Origin: Candidatus Omnitrophota bacterium
Lineage (GTDB): Bacteria > Omnitrophota > Gorgyraeia > Zapsychrales > Zapsychraceae
Length of the DNA: 64,000 nt
Direction: 5' to 3'
Assembly (NCBI GenBank): GCA_015233115.1
Contig: JADFYJ010000014.1
Span: forward strand, 11,028 to 75,027
The notes beneath the pieces were generated by a model. The model was not told where the DNA came from, did no database searches, and was given only the letters and a program-made list of their open reading frames with translations. The position numbers were made by a program, and so were the translations under genes. Below are positions 46,707 to 55,812 of this stretch, piece after piece; within the stretch, counting starts at the first letter, position 1; each line of letters starts with the position of its first letter.

Positions 46707-47533
46707 ATATCGACATAAAAGATTCTGAATATAAAGCGGTCCATGACTTGATGTACCGTTACGCGGGCGTCCATCTGACAGAAAAGAAAAAGCCGTTGAT
46801 TGTGGCGCGGTTAAGGAAACGGCTGGTGGAGTTTTCTTTAAACACGTTGGGCGATTACATCAAATATTTGCAAACTCATTTAAAAGAAGAATTGCCCAAT
46901 TTTATTAGTGCTTTAACGACGAATGAAACATATTTTTTCCGGCATACGAAACAATTTAATTTATTTTTTGAAGAAATACTACCTGAATTGTGCAGCCGCA
47001 AAAAAAGGGCGGGTCAGAAACTGATTAAAATTTGGTCTGCGGCATCATCGACAGGGGAAGAAGCCTATTCCATCGCCATAGTTTGCCAGGAGTTTATGGC
47101 TAAGCATCCGGGTTGGCAATTCCAAATTTATGCGTCAGACATTGATTATCAAGTACTGCAGAAGGCCCGGGAAGGGATTTACGGTGAAAAAAGTGTGGCA
47201 AAAGTTACAGAATCTTTGATGCGTAAATATTTTACGGCGAGGCATGCGGGAATTATAAAGCGGTTCGAGTTAAACCATCAGATAAAACAATGTGTGACGT
47301 TTGAGAATCACAATTTAATGAATCCGCCGAAACGCGCGGATTATGACGTAATTTTTTTACGGAATGTTTTGTACTATTTTGATAAATCGACTCAACAAAC
47401 CGTAGCCAGCTTATTAGAATCCGCATTATTGCCGGGCGGATATTTTTTTGTCAGTCTATCAGAAAATTTACATGATCGTCCCAATCAATTAGAATATTTG
47501 AGAAATGGAATTTACCGCAAGGCTGATAGATAG
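46703..47533 (+). CDS. cheR: Chemotaxis protein methyltransferase CheR
   Basis: CheR all-alpha N-domain plus SAM methyltransferase (KIWSAASSTGEEAYSIAI). Confidence 0.85.
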   Translation: MNIDIKDSEYKAVHDLMYRYAGVHLTEKKKPLIVARLRKRLVEFSLNTLGDYIKYLQTHLKEELPNFISALTTNETYFFRHTKQFNLFFEEILPELCSRKKRAGQKLIKIWSAASSTGEEAYSIAIVCQEFMAKHPGWQFQIYASDIDYQVLQKAREGIYGEKSVAKVTESLMRKYFTARHAGIIKRFELNHQIKQCVTFENHNLMNPPKRADYDVIFLRNVLYYFDKSTQQTVASLLESALLPGGYFFVSLSENLHDRPNQLEYLRNGIYRKADR

Positions 47534-47569
47534 GTCACAAAGGCACAAGGTCACACCTTAAAGTTAGGA

Positions 47570-48655
47570 ATGTTTATGTTGAAAAAAATTAAAGTGGTGA
47601 TCGCGGATGATTCGGCGTTTTTTCGACAGGTTCTGAAAACTGTTTTGGAAGAATCCAGGAAGATCGTGGTCGTTGCCGCGGCGAAGAATGGGAAAGAAGC
47701 GGTTGAATTTGTCAAAACTCTTAACCCGGATATTTTGATTTTGGATTGTGATATGCCGGTGATGAATGGTTTGGATGCTTTAAAGCGGGTCATGGATGAG
47801 AACCCCTTACCGGTTTTGATGTTTAGCGCGTTAACACAGGAAGGGGCGAAAGAGACGTTGACCGCTTTATCATTGGGGGCTGTGGATTTTTTGCTCAAAC
47901 CCGCGGGGCATGCCCATGCGCTAGATGAAGTCGCGGAAGAATTGATCAAAAAAATTGAAACAATTGTCCGCCAGGCCAAATGGCGGGTTTCTCTTCCTTC
48001 GGTCAACCGGCCGAAGCTGTCCAATGGGGTTGAAACAGAAAATGTTCAGGTTCAAGACCGCCGGCCGGCTGTGGAGTTGAGGCGAAGAACAGTCGATTTG
48101 ATTGCTATGGGATCATCAACCGGCGGAGTGCAGGCGTCAACGAGAGTATTGATGGCTTTGCCAGAAAATACGGCCCCGATTGTATGGGTTCAGCATATGC
48201 CTCCGGAATTTACCAAAAATTTTGCTGAACGGTTAAATGGGTTGTGTCAAATGGAAGTGAAAGAGGCCAAAGATGGAGACCTGGTGAAGCGGGGAATTTG
48301 TTATCTGGCGCCAGGCGGATTTCAGATGCGCTTGTTAAAAAAAGGTAATGATTATTGTGTGAGTGTTAAATTAGGTGAAAAAGTTTCCGGTCAATGCCCG
48401 TCTTGTAATGTCTTGTTTGATTCGGCGGCAGAATATTTTGGTGACAATGCGCTGGGGATTATATTAACGGGCATGGGAGACGACGGAGCCTCTGGCTTAG
48501 CCAAAATGCACCAAAAAGGCGCATATGTGATCGGCCAGAATGAAAAATCCTGTGTGGTTTACGGGATGCCTAAAGCCGCGTATAATTTAGGCGCGGTGGA
48601 TATTGAACTGGATATTCAAGAAATTTCGGATGCCATTATTAAAGCCGGAGGTTGA
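47570..48655 (+). CDS. cheB: Chemotaxis methylesterase/deamidase CheB
   Basis: N-terminal REC (VVIADDSAFFRQ...ILDCDMPVMNG) plus methylesterase domain (IAMGSSTGG; GMGDDGASG). Confidence 0.9.
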   Translation: MFMLKKIKVVIADDSAFFRQVLKTVLEESRKIVVVAAAKNGKEAVEFVKTLNPDILILDCDMPVMNGLDALKRVMDENPLPVLMFSALTQEGAKETLTALSLGAVDFLLKPAGHAHALDEVAEELIKKIETIVRQAKWRVSLPSVNRPKLSNGVETENVQVQDRRPAVELRRRTVDLIAMGSSTGGVQASTRVLMALPENTAPIVWVQHMPPEFTKNFAERLNGLCQMEVKEAKDGDLVKRGICYLAPGGFQMRLLKKGNDYCVSVKLGEKVSGQCPSCNVLFDSAAEYFGDNALGIILTGMGDDGASGLAKMHQKGAYVIGQNEKSCVVYGMPKAAYNLGAVDIELDIQEISDAIIKAGG

Positions 48656-48656
48656 G

Positions 48657-49082
48657 ATGATAAGAAATATTATCTTAGTCGTGGATGATGAAGAGCATAT
48701 GGTGAGCTTGTTGAAACAAGCTTTGGCGGATGATCATACGGAAGTGATTGGTGCTTCTGATGGACAAGAAGCTTTGGATTTGGTATCGAACCGGCATGTG
48801 GATTTGATCATTGCGGATAACAATATGCCTAAAATTCTGGGAGAAAATCTTTTTTTAGAAATTAAAAAAATGGATCCATTTGTTCAGCTGATCATGATTA
48901 CGGGATATCCGTCAGTCACAGTGATTGTTAAGATGCTGGAAGCGGGAGTATCAGATTTTTTAATCAAGCCTTTTGATCTAAATCAGATTCAATTGGTGGT
49001 TAAAGAAACATTAGGGAGGATCGAACGCTGGCGCAATTTGCGCAAAGAGTGGATGGCGTATAAGAAAAGAGGAATCGAGTAA
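48657..49082 (+). CDS. Single-domain response regulator (CheY-like receiver)
   Basis: ILVVDDEEHMVSLL...DLIIADNNMP...FLIKPF; ATG at 48657 two nt after the cheB stop. Confidence 0.8.
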   Translation: MIRNIILVVDDEEHMVSLLKQALADDHTEVIGASDGQEALDLVSNRHVDLIIADNNMPKILGENLFLEIKKMDPFVQLIMITGYPSVTVIVKMLEAGVSDFLIKPFDLNQIQLVVKETLGRIERWRNLRKEWMAYKKRGIE

Positions 49083-49140
49083 CCGAGTGACAGAGCAAAA
49101 ATGTTGATGGATAAAAGAAAAATTATATTAAGGGAGAATT

Positions 49141-50097
49141 ATGGGCAGCGAAAATAATGAATTGATAGGAGAGTTTATCGCGGAGAGTGAGGAATACTTG
49201 GCCGTTTTAAACCAGAAATTGCTCAAGGCTGAAGATGCCATTAAATCCGGCGTGGATATGTCTGCGGAAGAATTAAACGCTATGTTCCGTTCTGTGCATA
49301 CGATTAAAGGGACAGCCTCCTTTTTTGATTTGCAAAAGATCGTTCATTTAACGCATGATATGGAAGCCGTTTTATCCCGGATAAAAAAATTTGAAATGAA
49401 ATTGACGGCGCCTATCATAGATGTATTATTCGGTGCTTTTGATACATTACAAAAATTGGTCACGAATTTAAAAGAACAGGGCTCATTGGATTCAGTGGAT
49501 ATTAAAAAAAATATTCAGGAAATCGCGTTGATCTTAGATGAAAAGCCTGTTGAACCAAGTATTAAAGGGACTCAGCCGAGTTTGGGTTCGAATCAACCGG
49601 TTCTCCCTGTTGTTGCGGCAGGGACAGTTATCCCGGCGGCCGTTTCTATTCCGCCCGCCGCGGTTCAGGTCCCCAAAGGAGAACAGGATTTTGGGGTCAT
49701 GGAGATCAATGATAGATTTATGGAAGCTTTTGTTTCGGATATCGAAGATAATGTTGAGAATTTTAATAATGATCTGATCAAGCTGGAACAAACTGGGAAT
49801 CTCGATTTGGTCGGGAATTTGTTTCGTTATGCTCATACTGTAAAAGGTTCGTCCGGCGTCGTTAATTGTCAGCCTATGACAGAGGTGTCCCATAAGATGG
49901 AAAGCATTTTGTCAGTTTTTCGCGAGCAGAAAAAAACTATTGATACAGATACGGTCACTTTGCTTTTAGATGGAATTGATACGGTTAAATTTATTTTAAA
50001 TGCAATTAAAAAACAGACTCATCTGGTTTTAGATTTGCAGGCCATTACCGATAAATTAGATCAGCAATACAAGAAATTGATCAACCCTGGAATTTGA
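49141..50097 (+). CDS. cheA: CheA N-terminal fragment: two tandem HPt (P1) domains
   Basis: Two HPt signatures, FRSVHTIKGTASFF and FRYAHTVKGSSGVV, separated by a Pro/Val-rich linker; no kinase domain. Confidence 0.75.
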   Translation: MGSENNELIGEFIAESEEYLAVLNQKLLKAEDAIKSGVDMSAEELNAMFRSVHTIKGTASFFDLQKIVHLTHDMEAVLSRIKKFEMKLTAPIIDVLFGAFDTLQKLVTNLKEQGSLDSVDIKKNIQEIALILDEKPVEPSIKGTQPSLGSNQPVLPVVAAGTVIPAAVSIPPAAVQVPKGEQDFGVMEINDRFMEAFVSDIEDNVENFNNDLIKLEQTGNLDLVGNLFRYAHTVKGSSGVVNCQPMTEVSHKMESILSVFREQKKTIDTDTVTLLLDGIDTVKFILNAIKKQTHLVLDLQAITDKLDQQYKKLINPGI

Positions 50098-50121
50098 GTG
50101 TGCTGGAAGGAGTCACTGAAT

Positions 50122-51519
50122 ATGAATGAATCTGCCCCAATATCTGCGGCGCACAATACGGGAAAATCCGCTCCAGTGGAAGTTTCAACATTACGGATTG
50201 ATTCCCGAAAATTGGATTTATTGATGAATATGTCTGGAGAGTTGGTCACCTTACGCGCACAATTTTCTCGTTTAGTGGCATTATTCAGAAATGAGCTGAT
50301 GACCTACAAGGAAATGACTAAGGCTTTGGAAGAATTGAAAGATTCATCGCTGCAAATGGTGTCCAGCAAATTGGATGTCGAACGACGAAAAAAGAGCGAA
50401 GAACAGTTTGTACGGTTGATAGGAAATGTCGAGCAATATAAAAATGAGCTTAATTTTACGGCTCAAGTGCATTCGTTTGATGAGCTGACCGGGATGCTGG
50501 GCAAATTAGCTTCTGATATTCAGTCGGGTATTATGCAAACGCGTATGATTCCAGTGGAATGGGTTTTTACCCGCTTCAAACGGGTCATCCGGGACATGGC
50601 TAAAGAGTTAAATAAAAATGTTGATTTGAAAGTAGAAGGCGAAGATACGGAATTGGATAAAAAAATTGTGGATTGTTTAGCTGATCCACTTACGCATATG
50701 ATCCGAAATGCCATGGACCATGGAATTGATGATAAAGAAACCCGGCTTAAGTTGGGCAAACCGGAAATAGGAACTGTTTTTTTAAAAGCCGCTAACCGGG
50801 GTAACACCATTTTTATAGAAGTCGGAGATGATGGACGGGGTATTGATCCGGAACGGTTGGTTAAAAAAGCAATTGAAAAAGGAATTATCAATCAAGAACA
50901 GGCCCAGCGGATGAGTGAAAAAGAGAAATTACATTTGATGTTTTTACCGGGTTTTAGCACTGCAGAAGCGGTGACGGCTATTTCTGGACGCGGTGTGGGG
51001 CTGGATGTCGTGACGAATATGCTTAATGCCGTTAATGGGACTATTGATATTGAAACAAAAATTGATATGGGGTCTAAGTTTATTTTAAAAATACCTTTAA
51101 CGTTAGCTATTATTCAAGCGTTATTGATTAAGATCAATGAACAGGTATTTGCGGTTCCTATTGAGGCAGTCATTGAGATTATTAAAGTGAGTACGGGGGA
51201 TATATATTCCATTGAAGGAAATGATACTGTGAAATTGCGCGGGCACGCTTTAAGTTTAGTCAGTTTAGAGCAGGTCATCAAGATACAGGGATGTTCAGAA
51301 AAAAATGGAGATGGTTTAAAAACAGTCGTAGTCATTGGTGATAAAGAAAATCGCATCGGGGTGTTAGTGGACAGTCTGATTGGCGAAGATGAAATTGTCA
51401 TTAAACCTTTATCAGAACACTTCAGTCATGTTAAAGGCGTGAGCGGGGCATCCATTTTAGGGGATGGAAATGTGGTGTTGATCTTAGACCCAAATGCCAT
51501 AATCAGCGAAGCGCAATAG
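50122..51519 (+). CDS. cheA: CheA C-terminal fragment: dimerization (P3), HATPase (P4) and CheW-like (P5) domains
   Basis: STLRIDSRKLDLLMNMSGELV (P3); HMIRNAMDHGID N-box; GRGVGLDVV G2 box; C-terminal CheW-like domain; AAGGAG RBS then ATG 50122 directly after the upstream stop. Confidence 0.8.
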   Translation: MNESAPISAAHNTGKSAPVEVSTLRIDSRKLDLLMNMSGELVTLRAQFSRLVALFRNELMTYKEMTKALEELKDSSLQMVSSKLDVERRKKSEEQFVRLIGNVEQYKNELNFTAQVHSFDELTGMLGKLASDIQSGIMQTRMIPVEWVFTRFKRVIRDMAKELNKNVDLKVEGEDTELDKKIVDCLADPLTHMIRNAMDHGIDDKETRLKLGKPEIGTVFLKAANRGNTIFIEVGDDGRGIDPERLVKKAIEKGIINQEQAQRMSEKEKLHLMFLPGFSTAEAVTAISGRGVGLDVVTNMLNAVNGTIDIETKIDMGSKFILKIPLTLAIIQALLIKINEQVFAVPIEAVIEIIKVSTGDIYSIEGNDTVKLRGHALSLVSLEQVIKIQGCSEKNGDGLKTVVVIGDKENRIGVLVDSLIGEDEIVIKPLSEHFSHVKGVSGASILGDGNVVLILDPNAIISEAQ

Positions 51520-51536
51520 CAGCGGAAAAGGCAGCA

Positions 51537-52025
51537 ATGAATGAAATGATTTTGATCCAGGTTGGAGTAGCTGATATCAAAGTCAGCAAAGCTCCGGCTA
51601 TGCTGATGACGAACTTAGGCTCATGCATTGCGGTATGTTTATATTATGAGCAAGGGCAGATCGGAGGCATGCTGCATTTGATGATGCCCCGCGCGGACGA
51701 AAAAGCTTTGGAATACCGGGGCTTTAAAAAAGAAAAATATGCGAATACTGGCATCCGTGAATTGGTGTATCAAATCAAACAGCAGTTTAGAGTTGACCAT
51801 TCGATGCTGACCGCCAAAATTTTTGGCGGCGGCCGTATTCTTCAAAATGTTTCCTTGGATATTGGGGCGGATAATGCCAAGGCGGCGCAGGACATTCTCC
51901 GGGAATTAGGAATCCGCATCATAGCATCTAAAGTTGGCGGGACCAAAGGGTATAATATTAGGTTTGATCTGTCGACGGGAAAAGTGCGTTGTCAGATTTT
52001 TGGCGAACAAGAACAGGAGTTTTAA
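51537..52025 (+). CDS. cheD: Chemoreceptor glutamine deamidase CheD
   Basis: IKVSKAPAMLMTNLGSCIAVCLY...GGMLHLMMP matches the CheD core with catalytic Cys. Confidence 0.8.
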   Translation: MNEMILIQVGVADIKVSKAPAMLMTNLGSCIAVCLYYEQGQIGGMLHLMMPRADEKALEYRGFKKEKYANTGIRELVYQIKQQFRVDHSMLTAKIFGGGRILQNVSLDIGADNAKAAQDILRELGIRIIASKVGGTKGYNIRFDLSTGKVRCQIFGEQEQEF

Positions 52026-52026
52026 C

Positions 52027-52635
52027 ATGGTTCATTCTAATAAAACCATCAACGCAATACAAATGATTGCTCGTTTAATTATTGATGAAGCATCCCGGGC
52101 TTTCTCAAAAATGATCAGGCAAGGCGTGAGCATTGAAATGCAAAACGCGTATTTTGATGATATTTCCAATGTGACAGCCAAGATTTGCAATGAATACAAT
52201 GAATACAAGGGAAGCGTAGGGGCCATCGTCGATTTGACAGGAGATGTTAAATTAAAATTTTTGTTTATGACGGATTTGAGTACAGCTCAGATTTTAACTG
52301 ACCTGTTACTGCGCCGCCAGACTGGTACAACCAAAGAATATGACATAAATGTTGAGAGTACGGTGCAGGAAATTGGGAATGTTCTTTCCTGTATTGTGGC
52401 GAATATGTTGGTCAATGATTTTCAAATTTCAATGACGCCGAGTGTACCGGTGGTTTTGCGGGATTTTGCCGGGACAATTTTTGCGGAATTTATCAGAGAT
52501 GTCGCTGACGAACGGCAGGAAGCGTTAGTCGTGGAGAGTAGATTTCTTCTTTCCAATCAGAAAATGAAGTGTCACATGTTTATTATGCCGGTTGGTGAAA
52601 GTGAGCAGATACTGCAGTATTTAACTTTTTCTTAA
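52027..52635 (+). CDS. CheC-like phosphatase (CheC/CheX/FliY family)
   Basis: Follows cheD (the classical cheC-cheD pairing is inverted here); EIGNVLSCIVANML resembles the CheC E-x2-N-x3-G...A motif. Confidence 0.4.
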   Translation: MVHSNKTINAIQMIARLIIDEASRAFSKMIRQGVSIEMQNAYFDDISNVTAKICNEYNEYKGSVGAIVDLTGDVKLKFLFMTDLSTAQILTDLLLRRQTGTTKEYDINVESTVQEIGNVLSCIVANMLVNDFQISMTPSVPVVLRDFAGTIFAEFIRDVADERQEALVVESRFLLSNQKMKCHMFIMPVGESEQILQYLTFS

Positions 52636-52650
52636 ACGTAAAGGACATTT

Positions 52651-53019
52651 ATGGGTAAAAAAATTATGGTGGTGGATGACGCCGCTGTTATTCGGCTTAT
52701 GTTGAAAGATATTTTGGAATCCCATCAATTTGAAGTGGTAGGAGAATGTAGTAACGGGCAAGATGCCATTGAAAAATTTAAGGCGTTGAAGCCGGATATT
52801 GTTACCATGGATATAATTATGCCGAATATGGACGGCGTTCAGGCGCTTGAGGAAATTTTGAAATTTGATAAGAATGCCAAAGTTATAATGGTCACAGCTC
52901 TTGATCAGCGGGAATTTCTTATGAAAGCTATCCGTTTGGGAGCCGCGGATTTTATTGTTAAGCCATTTGAAGATGCCCGGGTCATCGCGGCGATTCAAAG
53001 AGTTGCGAGACAAATATAA
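52651..53019 (+). CDS. cheY: Chemotaxis response regulator CheY
   Basis: KIMVVDDAAVIRLML...DIVTMDIIMPNMDG...KVIMVTA...IVKPF. Confidence 0.9.
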   Translation: MGKKIMVVDDAAVIRLMLKDILESHQFEVVGECSNGQDAIEKFKALKPDIVTMDIIMPNMDGVQALEEILKFDKNAKVIMVTALDQREFLMKAIRLGAADFIVKPFEDARVIAAIQRVARQI

Positions 53020-53024
53020 TTTTG

Positions 53025-53075
53025 AAAAGACACAAGTCACATGTCACATGTCACATGTTACAAGTTACCTGTGAC
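53025..53075. repeat. GTCACAT heptamer tandem array between cheY and hybrid kinase
   Basis: gtcacatgtcacatgtcacatgttacaagttacctgtgacac. Confidence 0.7.
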
Positions 53076-54231
53076 ACAACAAAGGTTACATATTTTGCCT
53101 GCCATATTGATCGTTGATGATTCAGAAGTGGAATGCGCCCTTTTAAAAGGGATATTGCATAAATCGTTTTCTGCATACGAAGTGTTAATTGCCCATCATG
53201 GCCGGGAAGGCCTGGAGCTGTTGGCGCAGAGAGACGTTGATATTGTCTTGTCTGATATGATGATGCCGGTTATGAATGGCTGGGAGTTTTGTGAAATTAT
53301 AAAAAAAGATCCCCGAACCAAAGATGTTCCAGTCCTTTTATTTTCTTCTTTAGAGCAGGTCCAGGAAAAAGCCAAAGGTTTTGAAGCGGGCGCGGCCGAT
53401 TATATTGTCAAACCAATCGAATCCGGTGAAGTCATCGCACGCATTAAAGTCCATTTAGGGCTTAAACATTATCAGGATCAATTGAAAGACCTTAACCGAG
53501 AGTTAAAAGAAGCTCAAGACGCTCTGGTGCAAAGTGAAAAAATGTCAGCGGTCGGAACTTTGGCGGCAGGGATTTCTCATGAATTTAATAATGTTTTGGC
53601 GATGATGAAAGGTTATATCCAGTTATCCCAGCAAAAGAATAAACTAGACGACGTGAAACCTGCCCTTGCGGTCATGCTGGACTTGGTCGAACGGGGGCAA
53701 TTTTTAGTAAGATCTATGCTGGATTTTTCCAAAGGCGGGATGTCGGAAAACAAGCAAAAAATAGTTTTAGCACAGATAATCGATAAAGTCAGGGTGCTTA
53801 TGGAACCCATGTTTAAGGCGCAGGGTGTTCAGGTTGAGCTTCAGGGTAAATCCTCGTGTGAGTTGCAAGGTTATCCTAATCAATTGTCTCAAGCGATTAT
53901 TAATTTTGCCAAGAATGGGATTGAAGCCTGTGAAGGCCGTACGGAGAAAAAAATTACCATTGAATTCGGTAAATCTTTGTTCGATAGGGTGGAGTGCGCG
54001 TATATCCGGGTCATTGATACCGGCGCCGGAATCCCTGAATCAATTCGGAAATGTATTTTTGATCCTTTTGTGACCACCAAAGGTGTTATCGCCGGAGGCA
54101 ATCGTTCCACGGCTGGCACGGGGTTGGGTTTAACTGTTTCGTATAATATTATCAAAAAACACCACGGTGAAGTCAAAATCGAAAAGACCGGCTCTGCAGG
54201 AACGACGATGCTAGTTACTATACCTCTATAA
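53041..54231 (+). CDS. Hybrid receiver-histidine kinase (REC-HisKA-HATPase)
   Basis: N-terminal REC (ILIVDDSEVE...VLSDMMMPVMNG), H-box ISHEFNNVLAMM, G-boxes (IDTGAGI; GTGLGLTVS). Confidence 0.8.
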   Translation: MSHVTCYKLPVTQQRLHILPAILIVDDSEVECALLKGILHKSFSAYEVLIAHHGREGLELLAQRDVDIVLSDMMMPVMNGWEFCEIIKKDPRTKDVPVLLFSSLEQVQEKAKGFEAGAADYIVKPIESGEVIARIKVHLGLKHYQDQLKDLNRELKEAQDALVQSEKMSAVGTLAAGISHEFNNVLAMMKGYIQLSQQKNKLDDVKPALAVMLDLVERGQFLVRSMLDFSKGGMSENKQKIVLAQIIDKVRVLMEPMFKAQGVQVELQGKSSCELQGYPNQLSQAIINFAKNGIEACEGRTEKKITIEFGKSLFDRVECAYIRVIDTGAGIPESIRKCIFDPFVTTKGVIAGGNRSTAGTGLGLTVSYNIIKKHHGEVKIEKTGSAGTTMLVTIPL

Positions 54232-54321
54232 TTTTCCTTCCCAAATATTCTAAATTATGTTAATGTACAAAATAAGAAAAATGTGAAATAACGGTAGGGC
54301 GGAATCATTACAAAGGCAGAT

Positions 54322-54531
54322 ATGGAAAAGAAAAGATTAAGCGACCTTTTACACGATCTTAGTCAGCCGCTTTGCGCCTCAGTCATCAATCTTAAAGTTT
54401 TAGCTTCCTTTTTGGAAAAAGACAAGTTAGATCTTCCGGAAATAAAAAATATAGTTGCCGACGTAGAACGCGAACAAAATCGCGCTGTCGAGATATTAAA
54501 CACCCTACGGACCACCATTAAGGAGATTTGA
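54322..54531 (+). CDS. Stand-alone HisKA_3-like dimerization/phosphoacceptor mini-protein
   Basis: 69 aa; RLSDLLHDLSQPL resembles the HisKA_3 H-box (R.IARELHDslGQ.L) of NarX/DesK-type kinases; length equals one HisKA_3 domain; no ATPase domain. Confidence 0.4.
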   Translation: MEKKRLSDLLHDLSQPLCASVINLKVLASFLEKDKLDLPEIKNIVADVEREQNRAVEILNTLRTTIKEI

Positions 54532-55148
54532 ATATGGACAATAAATTTTTCGTCATTTATGTCGTGGATGATGATACCGCGATGTTGAAATCACTGGAAC
54601 GGGTGTTTGTGGGGAAAGGATATCGAGTAGAGGTTTTCGTGTCTGCTAAAGATTTTTTGTCTAAAGGAAAATACCATCAGCCTGCCTGCATTTTATTGGA
54701 TCTGCGTATGCCGGAGTTAAGCGGGCTGGAGCTTCAACAGCATCTTTTAACCCGAGGAGTTTTATTGCCGATTATTTTTATTTCCGGCCAGGGCGATGTT
54801 CCCAGCAGTGTGAAAGCCATGAAAGGCGGGGCTATTGATTTTATTGTAAAACCTTTTGACATGGATGAATTATTATCTACCGTTGAGCGGGCGCTGGCGT
54901 TATCAGTGAAAACTCAAAAAGAACAGGCAGAAAAAAATAAACTGCGGGTTTTGTTGGATAAAATGACTCAACGGGAAAAACAAGTTTTTCATCTAGTGGT
55001 TAAAGGGATGCTGAATAAACAAATTGCTGCGGCTTTAGGGATCAGTGAAAAAACTGTCAAAGTACACCGGGGAAGATTTATGGAAAAATTGGATGTTAAT
55101 TCTGTAGCCGAATTAGTAAAACTCGCAGGCAAAGCGGCTAATCTCTAA
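54528..55148 (+). CDS. NarL/FixJ-family response regulator (REC + LuxR-type HTH)
   Basis: REC (FVIYVVDDDTAML...ILLDLRMPELSG) and C-terminal LTQREKQVFHLVVKGMLNKQIAAALGISEKTVKVHR. Confidence 0.9.
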   Translation: MNMDNKFFVIYVVDDDTAMLKSLERVFVGKGYRVEVFVSAKDFLSKGKYHQPACILLDLRMPELSGLELQQHLLTRGVLLPIIFISGQGDVPSSVKAMKGGAIDFIVKPFDMDELLSTVERALALSVKTQKEQAEKNKLRVLLDKMTQREKQVFHLVVKGMLNKQIAAALGISEKTVKVHRGRFMEKLDVNSVAELVKLAGKAANL

Positions 55149-55225
55149 TGTAAAGGTTAGGTCGCAGGTCACAAAGAGTAGCAAAGATTATAAAAAAACA
55201 TGAAATATATCACGATAGGATAAAT

Positions 55226-55798
55226 ATGAAAGCAAGACCTTTAACCACGGGTGAAATGGCGCATTATTGTCATGTGACATACCGGACTGTTTTAAAATGG
55301 ATCGAAGATGGTAAATTGAAAGCTTATCGGACGCCAGGGAAACACAGCCGGGTAGCGGCTGAAGAATTTGTCCGTTTTTTGCGTGATTATCAAATGCCGA
55401 TTCCTGAAGAATTCCGGTCGTTGGCAGAATCAAAAAAAATTTTAGTGGTTGATGATGACAAAAATATGATCAAATCATTACAACGTTTATTGAAAAATGC
55501 CGGATACAATGAAATTGAAGCGGCATTTGATGGTTTTGAAGCTGGTCGGAAATTTTTTGAATTCGAACCGCATTTGGTGCTATTGGATATCCGGATGCCT
55601 GGGATTGATGGTTATCATGTTGTAGAACATATTAAAAAATCGCCACATGGGCATTTGGCCAAGATTATCGCGATTTCTGCGTTTTTTGAAGAAGATAAAA
55701 AAGCCGCGTTGTTCAAACAAGGAGTCAATTTTTGTTTTGACAAACCATTTGATCCCAAGGATCTTGTGGAAAAGGTCAAAAGTCTCCTTGGAGACTAG
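55226..55798 (+). CDS. Response regulator with N-terminal excisionase/MerR-type HTH and C-terminal receiver domain
   Basis: LTTGEMAHYCHVTYRTVLKWIEDGKLKAYRTPGKHSRV (HTH_17-like) then ILVVDDDKNMIKSL...VLLDIRMPGIDG. Confidence 0.7.
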   Translation: MKARPLTTGEMAHYCHVTYRTVLKWIEDGKLKAYRTPGKHSRVAAEEFVRFLRDYQMPIPEEFRSLAESKKILVVDDDKNMIKSLQRLLKNAGYNEIEAAFDGFEAGRKFFEFEPHLVLLDIRMPGIDGYHVVEHIKKSPHGHLAKIIAISAFFEEDKKAALFKQGVNFCFDKPFDPKDLVEKVKSLLGD

Positions 55799-55812
55799 GA
55801 GAAAAAGATCTT

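Noticed and set aside
50095-50125. CheA split interpreted as a simple sequencing frameshift
   Set aside because: Not rejected outright. The in-frame TGA followed by a proper RBS and ATG is equally consistent with a genuine split, so it is reported as a finding with the frameshift alternative stated.
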